From Bacteroidota bacterium (GTDB lineage: Bacteria > Bacteroidota > Bacteroidia > CAILMK01): 64,000 bases of DNA. The stretch covers positions 2,030-66,029 of the forward strand of contig JABDBQ010000010.1 of the NCBI GenBank assembly GCA_013288555.1, in the 5' to 3' direction. Shown piece after piece: positions 55,065 to 64,000 of the stretch. The notes under the pieces are model-generated. The model made no database searches. It was not told the origin of the DNA and saw only the letters and a program-made list of their open reading frames with translations. The stretch's first letter is position 1; each line of letters opens with the position of its first letter. The position numbers and the translations under genes are program-made.

Positions 55065-58000
55065 ATGTTCAATAAAATCCTGGTCGCCAACCGTGGTGAA
55101 ATCGCCATAAGAATTTTTCGTGCAGCAACGGAGCTAAACATCAGAACTGTTGCTATTTATACATACGAAGACCGGTATTCACTGCATCGGTATAAAGCAG
55201 ATGAATCATACCAGATCGGATCAGAATCTGAACCGCTGAAGCCTTATCTCGATATGAACGAGATCATCAATGTCGCCCTGCGCGAACATGTTGACGCCAT
55301 TCATCCGGGCTACGGCCTATTGAGTGAAAACGATGATTTTGCCGAGAAATGCCGTGATGCCGGATTGGTCTTTATTGGTCCTACGCCTGAAGCCATGCGC
55401 ATGCTTGGGGATAAGATCCGTGCAAAAAAGGTAGCCAAAAAAGTAAATGTTCCCTGTATTGAAGATAGCAAAGTTTCTCTTACAACCACTGATATTGCGG
55501 TTAAGGAAGCTGATGCAATTGGCTACCCTGTCATTATAAAAGCAGCAGCCGGCGGCGGCGGAAGGGGAATGCGGGTGGTTCATGACGCTGATTCGCTTAA
55601 AAAATTAATCGGGGAGGCCAAAGTGGAAGCCAAGGTTGCTTTTGGCAATGAAGAAGTCTTTCTCGAAAAATACATTCAGTCTCCAAAGCATGTCGAAGTA
55701 CAGATATTGGGAGATAATTATGGCAACCTGGTTCATTTGTTTGAAAGAGATTGTTCGGTACAGCGTCGTTTTCAGAAAGTTGTGGAGGTAGCCCCTGCAG
55801 TTGATCTGAAGCAGGAAACGAAAGACAAACTGTATGAATATGCATTGACTATCTGCAAAGAGGTGAATATGAACAATGCCTGTACGGTAGAGTTCCTCAT
55901 TGACCAGCAAGGCGCCATTTATTTTATTGAAGTAAATCCCAGGATCCAGGTAGAACATACCGTTACAGAAGCCGTTACCGGATTTGATATTGTCAAATGC
56001 CAGATCCTTATAGCACAGGGTTCCAGGCTCGATTCTGAAGAAATAAAAATTAAATCACAGGCAGACATAACATGCCAGGGTGTTGCTATTCAGTGCCGTA
56101 TCACAACCGAAGATGCTGCGAATGGGTTTAAACCGGACTTTGGGACCATCATCGCTTATCGTAATGCCGGTGGACCGGGTATCAGGCTTGATGAAGGAAA
56201 CGCCTATCCCAGTGCTGTGATCTCACCTTTTTTTGATTCGCTGCTTGTCAAAATTACTTCCCTTGGGCGCAGCATGGATGAATCTGCAGAGCGACTGATT
56301 CGCGTTCTGAAAGAATTCAGGATCAGGGGCGTAAAAACGAATGTCAATTTTCTTGAAAATGTATTATCAAATCCTGTTTTCCTTAAGGGCAAAGCCACTG
56401 TAGATTTCATCGATAATCATCCTAACCTCTTCAATTTTGAAAAAAGATTTGACAGGGGTACCAGCGCTTTAAAATATCTTGGCGAGATCATTGTGAATGG
56501 CAACCCTGATGTGAAGAAAGAAATTGAGGATAAAAAATTCAGGAACCCGGTAGTGCCTGATTTTAATCCCTATGCAGTGTTCCCGGAAGGATCAAAAGAC
56601 CGGTTAAACCAGATGGGACGTGAGAAATTCGTTTCATGGATCAAAGATCAGAAACCAGTACTTATTACAGATTGCACCATGCGTGACGCCCACCAGAGCC
56701 TTCTGGCCACTCGTGTAAGAACTATTGACATCCTGAGGGCGGCAGAAGCTTATGCCAAGCGCAATCCAAACGTATTTTCTCTTGAATTGTGGGGAGGCGC
56801 TACTTTTGATGTGGCCCTGCGATTCCTTAAAGAAAGTCCCTGGTTGCGACTAAAGCTGCTTCGGGAAAGGATACCGAATATCCTTTTCCAGATGCTCATC
56901 AGGGGTGCCAATGCGGTAGGATACAAAGCCTACCCGGATAACCTGATCGAAAAATTTATTGAGGAATCCTGGAAAAGCGGCATTGACATATTCCGGATTT
57001 TTGACTCGCTCAACTGGATTGAAGGGATGCGGGTGAGCATAAAAGCCGTTAATGAACGTACTGAAGCCTTATCTGAAGCCTGTATCTGCTATACCGGTGA
57101 TTTTCTGGACCCGGAAAGAAACAAGAAATTTAACCTGAATTATTACCTTGATCTTGCCCGAAACCTTGAAGATGCCGGTACACATATCCTGGGAATCAAA
57201 GATATGTCGGGCCTATTAAAACCCTACCAGGCTGAAATACTGGTTTCAGAATTGAAAAAAGTGATTGATATCCCTATTCATCTGCATACGCATGATACGG
57301 CAGGCATTCAATCTGCAACCTACCTGAAAGCAATAGATGCAGGGGTTGATATTGTGGATGTGGCATTGGCCTCTATGTCGGGACTTACCTCACAGCCCAA
57401 TTTCAATTCCATGGCTGCGATATTAAAAGGCCAGGAACGCGATCCGCGGATGGATATCCATGCCTTAAATGAATTTTCCAACTACTGGGAAATCATCCGG
57501 GAGTATTATTATCCTTTTGAATCAGAACTCAAAGCAGGTACAGCCGAAGTATATGACCATGAAATACCGGGAGGTCAATATTCCAACCTCCTTCCACAGG
57601 CGCGTTCTCTCGGACTGGATGACAAATTTGAAACCATTAAAGAAAACTATGTGGTGGTGAATGAGATGTTTGGTGATATCGTTAAGGTGACGCCTTCATC
57701 AAAAGTGGTGGGCGACATGGCGCTTTTTATGACAGCCAATGGATATACCCGTGATGATATCATGCAGAAGGGCAATGAAATATCGTTCCCGGATTCAGTT
57801 ATTGAGCTTTTCAGGGGAGATCTTGGTCAAAACCCGGGTGGATTTCCACCCGAACTTTCTAAAATGATCCTCAAAAATCAGCAACCCTTTACCGATAGGC
57901 CGAACGCCCACCTGGCACCGGTGGATTTTGAAACAGAATTTGCAGAATTTCAGAAAAAATTTGATGGCGCTCATGATTTCCAGGACTTCCTGTCATATAA

Positions 58001-58499
58001 ATTTTACCCCAAAGTTTTTGAAGAATATGCCGCCCATCTTAAAGAGTATGGCGACGTGCATTACCTGCCTACTCCTGCATTTTTTTATAAATTAAAGCAT
58101 AATGAGGAGATCATTATAGAACTGGCGCCCGGTAAAAATATTCTTGTATACCTGATGCATGAAATAGACGAAATAGAAGGAACAAGAACGGTTTATTTCA
58201 GGTTGAATGGTCAAACCAGACCGGTAGTGGTAAAAGATAAAAACTACAAGTTCCTGAAACCCCAGCGAAAAAAAGCAAGCCTCGAAAATGAAATAGGCTC
58301 ACCACTGCAAGGCAGGATATCCAAAATACTTGTAAAAGAAGGTGATAAGGTGAAGAAAAACACACAGCTCTTTGCCATAGAAGCCATGAAAATGGAAAAC
58401 ACAGTGCTAGCCCTTAAAGATTGTACTATCAAAAAAATATACCTTAAAGACGGAGATCTCCTGGAGCAGGATGATCTTGTGATGGAGGTAGAAGGATGA
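55065..58499 (+). CDS. pyc: Pyruvate carboxylase (single-chain)
   Basis: 1144 aa with three parts. Biotin carboxylase N-terminus (KILVANRGEIAIRIFRA, GGGGRGMR). Carboxyltransferase HxH TIM barrel (DCTMRDAHQS, HLHTHDTAG). C-terminal biotinyl domain (EAMKME). Confidence 0.95.
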   Translation: MFNKILVANRGEIAIRIFRAATELNIRTVAIYTYEDRYSLHRYKADESYQIGSESEPLKPYLDMNEIINVALREHVDAIHPGYGLLSENDDFAEKCRDAGLVFIGPTPEAMRMLGDKIRAKKVAKKVNVPCIEDSKVSLTTTDIAVKEADAIGYPVIIKAAAGGGGRGMRVVHDADSLKKLIGEAKVEAKVAFGNEEVFLEKYIQSPKHVEVQILGDNYGNLVHLFERDCSVQRRFQKVVEVAPAVDLKQETKDKLYEYALTICKEVNMNNACTVEFLIDQQGAIYFIEVNPRIQVEHTVTEAVTGFDIVKCQILIAQGSRLDSEEIKIKSQADITCQGVAIQCRITTEDAANGFKPDFGTIIAYRNAGGPGIRLDEGNAYPSAVISPFFDSLLVKITSLGRSMDESAERLIRVLKEFRIRGVKTNVNFLENVLSNPVFLKGKATVDFIDNHPNLFNFEKRFDRGTSALKYLGEIIVNGNPDVKKEIEDKKFRNPVVPDFNPYAVFPEGSKDRLNQMGREKFVSWIKDQKPVLITDCTMRDAHQSLLATRVRTIDILRAAEAYAKRNPNVFSLELWGGATFDVALRFLKESPWLRLKLLRERIPNILFQMLIRGANAVGYKAYPDNLIEKFIEESWKSGIDIFRIFDSLNWIEGMRVSIKAVNERTEALSEACICYTGDFLDPERNKKFNLNYYLDLARNLEDAGTHILGIKDMSGLLKPYQAEILVSELKKVIDIPIHLHTHDTAGIQSATYLKAIDAGVDIVDVALASMSGLTSQPNFNSMAAILKGQERDPRMDIHALNEFSNYWEIIREYYYPFESELKAGTAEVYDHEIPGGQYSNLLPQARSLGLDDKFETIKENYVVVNEMFGDIVKVTPSSKVVGDMALFMTANGYTRDDIMQKGNEISFPDSVIELFRGDLGQNPGGFPPELSKMILKNQQPFTDRPNAHLAPVDFETEFAEFQKKFDGAHDFQDFLSYKFYPKVFEEYAAHLKEYGDVHYLPTPAFFYKLKHNEEIIIELAPGKNILVYLMHEIDEIEGTRTVYFRLNGQTRPVVVKDKNYKFLKPQRKKASLENEIGSPLQGRISKILVKEGDKVKKNTQLFAIEAMKMENTVLALKDCTIKKIYLKDGDLLEQDDLVMEVEG

Positions 58500-58540
58500 A
58501 TGAATTACCGTTATTTTCAAAGTCGATAAACGCCCACTGG

Positions 58541-58601
58541 AATTAATTGTTCCACTTTCGATTTTCGGGAATCCCCCTTTAGAAAGGGGGCAGGGGGATT
58601 C
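58541..58601 (+). repeat. Repeat unit AATTAAT-N4-CCACTTTCGA-N-GGAATCCCCCTTT-NN-AAAGGGGG(CAGGGGGATT), copy L (downstream of pyc)
   Basis: Contains the hairpin CCCCCTTT-ag-AAAGGGGG and an alternative pairing GAATCCCCC/GGGGGATTC. It may serve as the pyc terminator but has no clear U-tract. Confidence 0.7.
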
Positions 58602-58672
58602 AAGTTGTTATTGAACATTATACTTGTACAAAACCCTATCTTCAATAAAATTATTTATATTTGATTTGAGTT

Positions 58673-59347
58673 ATGAAAAAGGTCCTCATATTATCAACCC
58701 TGTTATTCCTTTCACTCCAAATGAAAGCCCAGAAAAACCAATGGGAACTGGGCATAGAAGGCGGACCAAATTGCGATCTTCTGTTCTCGTTGGTTGAGCA
58801 AAACCCAATTCCTGATTTTAACTATATCTGTGCCATCACCACTGAATATAAAATTGACAGTATTTTTTCGATAAAAACAGGGTTATCGTTTGAAAAAATG
58901 AATTTTTCCGGTTTTGGTGGTTATGAAGTGCCTCCTGTGCTTGACCAGCCAACCTGGAACAGTTTTTCTTATCCTGTTGGCATAGACCTGAATTATCTTG
59001 TAGTGCCTGTGCTTACTAAATTTGAATGGGGAGACAATGCCAAATTCTTTGTAAACGGAGGGCCGTATTTTGCATACTTGGCTGAAGCGCATTATCTTGT
59101 TGCAGACCCGGTCGGCAGCGGAGGAATGCATTATTTTAATTCCAGAATCAGTAATTTTAAACCATACGATATGGGTGCCTCTGCGGGATTTGGTTTTGAT
59201 ATTCCCCTTTTAAAAAAGCTGATATTAGACTGGGAACTGAGGTTCAATTTTGGATTGACCAGGATTATTTATCCGGCTGATAACGCACCATATAACAACC
59301 AATCCGCTAATTTTATTTTGGGATTAAAGTATGCTTTGATAAAATGA
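58673..59347 (+). CDS. Outer-membrane beta-barrel (porin/OmpA-like barrel family) protein
   Basis: Signal peptide and alternating-hydrophobic beta-strand pattern. 224 aa. Confidence 0.55.
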   Translation: MKKVLILSTLLFLSLQMKAQKNQWELGIEGGPNCDLLFSLVEQNPIPDFNYICAITTEYKIDSIFSIKTGLSFEKMNFSGFGGYEVPPVLDQPTWNSFSYPVGIDLNYLVVPVLTKFEWGDNAKFFVNGGPYFAYLAEAHYLVADPVGSGGMHYFNSRISNFKPYDMGASAGFGFDIPLLKKLILDWELRFNFGLTRIIYPADNAPYNNQSANFILGLKYALIK

Positions 59348-59390
59348 TCAATGTAAGGCATCAATGATAAACTTGATGAAACCAAACTTT

Positions 59391-59445
59391 AATTAATAGC
59401 ACCACTTTCGAATACAGGAATCCCCCTTTCCAAAGGGGGAATTCG
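59391..59445 (+). repeat. Same repeat unit, copy R (downstream of the OMP gene)
   Basis: AATTAATAGCACCACTTTCGAATACAGGAATCCCCCTTTCCAAAGGGGGAATTC, about 80% identical by eye to 58541-58601, same orientation. Confidence 0.7.
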
Positions 59446-59479
59446 TAAAGGATCTTTTTAGCTTTTTATCAACTTTATC

Positions 59480-61090
59480 CTATTCCTTAACAATTTTCTC
59501 ACATGCGGTATTGATGCCGCTATGGATTTTCAACATATAAATACCAGCCCTTAAATTACTTAAGTCAAGTCTGCCATTTTCAGAACCAATAACCTGTCTT
59601 TCAATCGTTTTGCCCACTATATCAGCTAACTCAATAAGATCTATTTTTTCAGAACCATTAACTACCAGGAAGTTTTTTGCAGGATTTGGGAAAATATTGA
59701 ATTTAAGATTTAAACCATAAGCAGGATCTATTCCCGATCTGTGCGTAAAATCGTTTTCGCTACGCGGCCGGAGTACATAATCATAAAAATAAGGTAAAGT
59801 ATGATCCTGTTGGTCTTCAATGCCGGTAATATCATAATAGCCTGGTTCTAAAGTTGTCGTACTATGATAAAAAGAAGAATTAAGCAATTCCACCGCGAAA
59901 GAATCCTTACCTCTGAAAGCATAAAATTTATAAGCAAATTCCAGTTCACCCCCATTGTCCCGTTGAATAAAATTATAATGAATTTTATTAAAGGTTATCG
60001 TATCTGGTACATAACAATAAGGCATTGTCACGAGCTCAGATTCATCATTTTCATTGAGGTCATTCACAATCCTGGGAGAAACCGGATGAACCCCACTGGA
60101 CAAAAGATGCGCTTCATAGCCCGCCAAATAGGTCAACCCTCCGCTTTGCTCAATAATCCCCTGTACTTCTACACTATCTCCAACACCGGTAGAAATCGAA
60201 TTCTCGCCGCCTGATATTATAATAGAGCCGGTGGAATCCTGTATGGCAAAATCAATAAATGAATATCCGTTCGTATTCATGTTAGCGGAGGTAGCAACTC
60301 CTTTTAAAATACATGGTGCATTTACAGAATCAGCAACGCCGGTTATGAGATCGAATTTCTTCATATCCCGAATTTTATATGATTTAATATACTGCATCTG
60401 CAGGTCATTTGAATCCCTGACAATTAGTGAATAGCCCCCAATATAAGGCTGGAATTCCTTATTCTGAAATTCGATACCTGTGACGTTAAACCAGCTTGTG
60501 GGTGGTACGTTTCGATAAGTCCCTTTCGCAAGGTATATTTTAAATGTATCTATACCGCTTGAATCAACAGCTTGTAGGATGGGGTATACATTATATGCAG
60601 ACCCATCGCGCCATTGGTAAATATTTATCAATCTAACATGATTAATTTTCAACAGATGGGCCTCGAGGGATTCGGACAATGCTTTTACTGTTTTGGGAAC
60701 CAAAGTAATATTCTGGTGCGAAAAAAAACTGATCGAATCCGTTTCAATGATATCAGCACCAAATTGCTGGATTAATATGCCCTTAACAAAAACACTATCT
60801 CCGGGGACAGGATATGATGAATTGACAGGAAGACTTGAAGAAAAGACAAAAATTGAACCGGTTGTATCCATAACCGAGAAAATACCATAGAAAAAATAAT
60901 AAAAAGAAGGGCTTGTTACAAGTCCTTTCATATAAAACACATGGTTAGTCCCTGCAGAATCGGCAATACCTGTTACAGGGTCCTGCACTCTTATTTGTTT
61001 TATCGTCGATAGCTTTGGCTGCTGAGCGAAAAGAAAATAAGGAGTGGCTGAGATGACTAAGAAAATGAATATCTTAAATGCTGGTTTCAC
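59480..61090 (-). CDS. T9SS type A sorting domain-containing secreted protein, function unknown
   Basis: Signal peptide. C-terminal FPNPAKNFLVV...LDLSNLRAGIYMLKI (Por secretion tail). Two internally similar N-terminal modules (...TGSI(F/I)(V/I)...GDSV.V.G...Q). Confidence 0.7.
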   Translation of the reverse strand: MKPAFKIFIFLVISATPYFLFAQQPKLSTIKQIRVQDPVTGIADSAGTNHVFYMKGLVTSPSFYYFFYGIFSVMDTTGSIFVFSSSLPVNSSYPVPGDSVFVKGILIQQFGADIIETDSISFFSHQNITLVPKTVKALSESLEAHLLKINHVRLINIYQWRDGSAYNVYPILQAVDSSGIDTFKIYLAKGTYRNVPPTSWFNVTGIEFQNKEFQPYIGGYSLIVRDSNDLQMQYIKSYKIRDMKKFDLITGVADSVNAPCILKGVATSANMNTNGYSFIDFAIQDSTGSIIISGGENSISTGVGDSVEVQGIIEQSGGLTYLAGYEAHLLSSGVHPVSPRIVNDLNENDESELVTMPYCYVPDTITFNKIHYNFIQRDNGGELEFAYKFYAFRGKDSFAVELLNSSFYHSTTTLEPGYYDITGIEDQQDHTLPYFYDYVLRPRSENDFTHRSGIDPAYGLNLKFNIFPNPAKNFLVVNGSEKIDLIELADIVGKTIERQVIGSENGRLDLSNLRAGIYMLKIHSGINTACEKIVKE

Positions 61091-61264
61091 TATTGATTTG
61101 ATTCTATTGCAAATGCAAGTTATTGAATTTTTATTCTAATCTGCAAATAGGATTACAGATCGTGATACAAGATAGTTCGGGATTACAAATACGAAGAGTG
61201 GAAGGATATCAAGCATTTAATATTAATTCAAAACATCTACATTTGTTCGCTTTATAGTATTAAA

Positions 61265-62260
61265 ATGAAAAAACTAACTATTATTATCCTGATATCACTA
61301 TTTTGTTTCAAGAGTAAGTTATACGCTCAATTTAAGAATTCTATTAATTCCGAAGGTAGCAATAAAATTCAATATACTGTAGACAGAAATGATCCAGAAA
61401 GTGTTCGTAAATTGAATTTTGAGATATTCCCTGCTTCATTGTATATCGGGCCATGGGCAGGATTATCTTTTAACATTTGCGCTGCAGTAGCTTATGATTT
61501 GGCTCCCCGCCTTTCTTTATTCTGCAATGGCGCTGTAGGTTATAGCAATACATTTCTAAATCAGCATTATGACTTAACGATTCCCCTTAAACCATATGAA
61601 GAAGGCAATGCTGCCGCCGCCTTTTACTTCATTAATAAATCACTTACAGGCCCACAAGCCATCCCTGTTGCGTCGCTTTCTAACGGTAATTATACAACGA
61701 CATACTTTTTCAGAGTTCCCATTAAGCATATCATAAAACTTGGTATTGAAGGAGGCCTTAATTATACAAATTCGATAATCGGCGGATACGGGCCTTCATT
61801 TGGTGGCTACAATATAAATGATCCGAGTCAGAAAAAATACAACTTTCAAACACTTTCATCAGATATTAATTTTTCGGCTTTCGCTACCTTTATTGGACTA
61901 GATTTAACATTAATTCAAGATTACCTTGTTTCTTATAAAGACCCTGACTATCCGATGCCCGAACATAAAGATAGGTCAAATAAATTTAAAGTTTATTTTG
62001 ATTTTCTATTGCCCACAAACGGAACATACTCAAATACTACTTATGTTTCATCCTACTCCAGTATTCCCAATGGTGTCTATAATTTGAATAAATATACAAA
62101 TAATAATTCAAGTGGTCTACGTTTGGGGGTAAACTTTAATTCCTTGAGAACTTTTGGCTTTAGTTTCGGTTCAGAAGTTGGAATCACTCCTGGAGTAGTA
62201 GGCGGCCCAATATATGTGAGATTTAATGTTGGAATGGCTTTAAATTCAGCACCTAGATAA
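61265..62260 (+). CDS. Hypothetical secreted/outer-membrane protein
   Basis: Signal peptide. Gly/Asn/Tyr-rich, beta-strand-like. No family recognised. Confidence 0.4.
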   Translation: MKKLTIIILISLFCFKSKLYAQFKNSINSEGSNKIQYTVDRNDPESVRKLNFEIFPASLYIGPWAGLSFNICAAVAYDLAPRLSLFCNGAVGYSNTFLNQHYDLTIPLKPYEEGNAAAAFYFINKSLTGPQAIPVASLSNGNYTTTYFFRVPIKHIIKLGIEGGLNYTNSIIGGYGPSFGGYNINDPSQKKYNFQTLSSDINFSAFATFIGLDLTLIQDYLVSYKDPDYPMPEHKDRSNKFKVYFDFLLPTNGTYSNTTYVSSYSSIPNGVYNLNKYTNNNSSGLRLGVNFNSLRTFGFSFGSEVGITPGVVGGPIYVRFNVGMALNSAPR

Positions 62261-62339
62261 CCCTATGTTGTTCGTGTCTCCATCCGCTTTCTATTTACTA
62301 CAAGGTATATAGATTAAATCATCAATTAACTATGACTTC

Positions 62340-63635
62340 TTATTTAATATTAAAGATATCTTTTTTATAATTTTTCTCATTCAATACTCCTATGGCCTTA
62401 CTTTTCATTATTATATTTTCGATGATAGAATCTACATTACATTTATTAATGATTGTGCTTAACTTTTGAATATCTTGATTATCAGCTGATACAATTATAC
62501 TTCCAGGTCTTAACCCTATCTTGTATAATTTTGAAGTGAGTTTAACATAAGCAACATACATCTGCTTTTTTTCAAAATTATAATATATGCCAAAATCATT
62601 AAAAGATTGATTTGCTGAATCATTCAATTTATATTTTTCATTTTTCTTAAGGTAAATAATACTCTCTTTCCAATTTATATACATATTAAATTGTTTCATA
62701 AAATCAATGCCGATCAATCCGTCATTAAATATAAATTTTGGACTATACCTATAATTAACATCTGCACCTGTACAATGAATTGCCTCCTGGTCGTAAAATA
62801 TTGAATCTGTTTTTAGATAATATAAAAAGCTATCCTGAAGGGCTGGAGCTCCTTGAAAATCAATAAAAACATTCTTCGCTGTTATATAGGATACTATTTC
62901 GGAATGTGATTTTCGGAATTTATCAAATGCATTCTTATCATTTTTTCCATATTCCACCATTATATCTTCAGAAGCGCCTAAATCCCAAAGGAAATAATTT
63001 TTAACTCCGTTTATTTTAAGAAATACCTCTGGACATTTTTGATTTGGCGTAGATTCAAAAAATAACTGATAGTCGAAATTATCAATTGAATCTCGATTCC
63101 AATGATTATCATATAAGATAATTTTCTGCTTTTGGAAATCAACATAAAAACCGAATTTAGAAAGGAAATCGCTTCCTATTAAACCGCATATTGGTATACA
63201 TGAATAAATAGAATCAGCTTTTAAATCCATTACCATCATATTGGGCTTAGTTATCTTTAAACCATCCAAATTAAAATTAATATTATTTGCAATGTATTGT
63301 CTGGTTTCAGATTCAGAGTATTTCCCAAATCCAGTACTGAAGCCTTTATTGTAAAAATTCTGCGTGTATGGAATATGATTTTCGTCACAAAACTCCTTGG
63401 ATAAAATAGTCATCCCTCCTGTGTCAAAAATAAAATTTGCATCTCTATTAATAGGTGAACCCAATCTTAATGTAACGATCATCTGATCATTTTCCCACCT
63501 GAAATACAAGATTTTTGGATTGAAATTCGAATTGTTTACTACGGTATCACATTCCTTCCTAAACATTATATCCCGCTTAGAACAAGCTAATAAAGATACA
63601 ATTGCAAATATAACAATGAAAAATCTAAGTTGCAT
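62340..63635 (-). CDS. Retropepsin-like aspartic protease family protein (two lobes) with C-terminal PDZ-like domain
   Basis: First lobe FIFDTGGMTIL (DTG), second lobe FLWDLGASEDIMV (DLGA). C-terminal GLRPGSIIVSADNQDI is PDZ-like. Lipoprotein-type signal (LLACS). Confidence 0.55.
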   Translation of the reverse strand: MQLRFFIVIFAIVSLLACSKRDIMFRKECDTVVNNSNFNPKILYFRWENDQMIVTLRLGSPINRDANFIFDTGGMTILSKEFCDENHIPYTQNFYNKGFSTGFGKYSESETRQYIANNINFNLDGLKITKPNMMVMDLKADSIYSCIPICGLIGSDFLSKFGFYVDFQKQKIILYDNHWNRDSIDNFDYQLFFESTPNQKCPEVFLKINGVKNYFLWDLGASEDIMVEYGKNDKNAFDKFRKSHSEIVSYITAKNVFIDFQGAPALQDSFLYYLKTDSIFYDQEAIHCTGADVNYRYSPKFIFNDGLIGIDFMKQFNMYINWKESIIYLKKNEKYKLNDSANQSFNDFGIYYNFEKKQMYVAYVKLTSKLYKIGLRPGSIIVSADNQDIQKLSTIINKCNVDSIIENIIMKSKAIGVLNEKNYKKDIFNIK

Positions 63636-63774
63636 TATTTCTTGTTAAAACCTTTGCACAAAACTAACTATTGAATGAATACACTGACTTACCCCGAGCT
63701 TTTTCTATGACTACTTCTTCCTATTCCTCCAGTCTACAAATCCCCAAGCCCACAGCCTTTAGCCCTCCCAAACC

Positions 63775-64000
63775 TTAATTCTTCTCCAACATGCTCGCCA
63801 GCTTCGATAATTCTTCTTCGTTTTTGAAAGGAATGATGAGTTCGCCGTTGCCTTTGTTCTTTTGACGGATCTTGATCGCACGCTCAATGAGTCCTGAAAA
63901 ACGCTTTTCCCATTCTTTAACGGATTCTGGAATGGCTACGGGTTCTGTTTTTTTACGCGTGGTGACCTGTGATGAGGTTCTGGCTTTTACCAACTGCTCT
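63775..64000 (-). CDS. parB: ParB/Spo0J family partition protein, C-terminal fragment (5' end outside window)
   Basis: The frame is open to the window edge (...EQLVKARTSS...). The tail KNKGNGELIIPFKNEEELSKL resembles the ParB C-terminal dimerisation region (...KGKG.I.I.F....E...I). Confidence 0.55.
   Translation of the reverse strand, partial: EQLVKARTSSQVTTRKKTEPVAIPESVKEWEKRFSGLIERAIKIRQKNKGNGELIIPFKNEEELSKLASMLEKN

Noticed and set aside
1-64000. Defence systems, prophage, tRNA/rRNA/tmRNA/RNase P genes
   Set aside because: No ORF shows nuclease/helicase/ATPase/reverse-transcriptase/methylase combinations typical of defence loci. There are no phage structural genes. By-eye scanning of the spacers found no tRNA cloverleaf ends or conserved ncRNA motifs. 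A covariance-model scan would be needed to exclude small RNAs.

Overview
Densely coding, low-GC chromosomal segment that looks Bacteroidota-derived: T9SS C-terminal sorting domains, a parB / DUF5683-dapB-lepB neighbourhood, an ECF sigma module and long-form signal peptidases. Most genes are housekeeping (glyQS, hisS, hutH, tsaB, lgt, dtd, pyrF, dapB, pyc, an S46 dipeptidyl-peptidase). I saw no rRNA, tRNA, CRISPR array, transposase/integrase or recognisable defence genes. Five things stand out. (1) At 14.3-30.9 kb a divergent gene pair is duplicated as a unit. Each pair is an uncharacterised 482-483 aa all-alpha TPR-like cytoplasmic protein facing a 1433-1518 aa secreted SBBP beta-propeller / CARDB / Ig-like / PKD / dockerin-like / cohesin-like / T9SS-CTD protein. 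A third giant paralog follows and is split by a G7 homopolymer frameshift. The three giants have conserved ends and divergent cores. This is my best candidate for an undescribed system. (2) A nested palindromic element occurs in intergenic DNA and also in-frame inside giant paralogs 1 and 3. (3) Many intergenic arrays of 7-bp periodic 'words' recur at unlinked loci with unit-number differences. One inverted pair of arrays brackets a four-helix-bundle (23S rRNA IVS protein family) gene that carries an in-frame amber codon. (4) Three tandem, mosaic signal peptidase I paralogs lie downstream of dapB. (5) An ECF sigma / anti-sigma / Spy-like / YHYH / MORN / SCO1 cluster probably handles envelope or metal stress. 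All calls come from reading the sequence and ORF translations by eye. Small-repeat coordinates are hand-counted (+/- 1-2 nt), and identity statements are eyeball estimates, not computed alignments.
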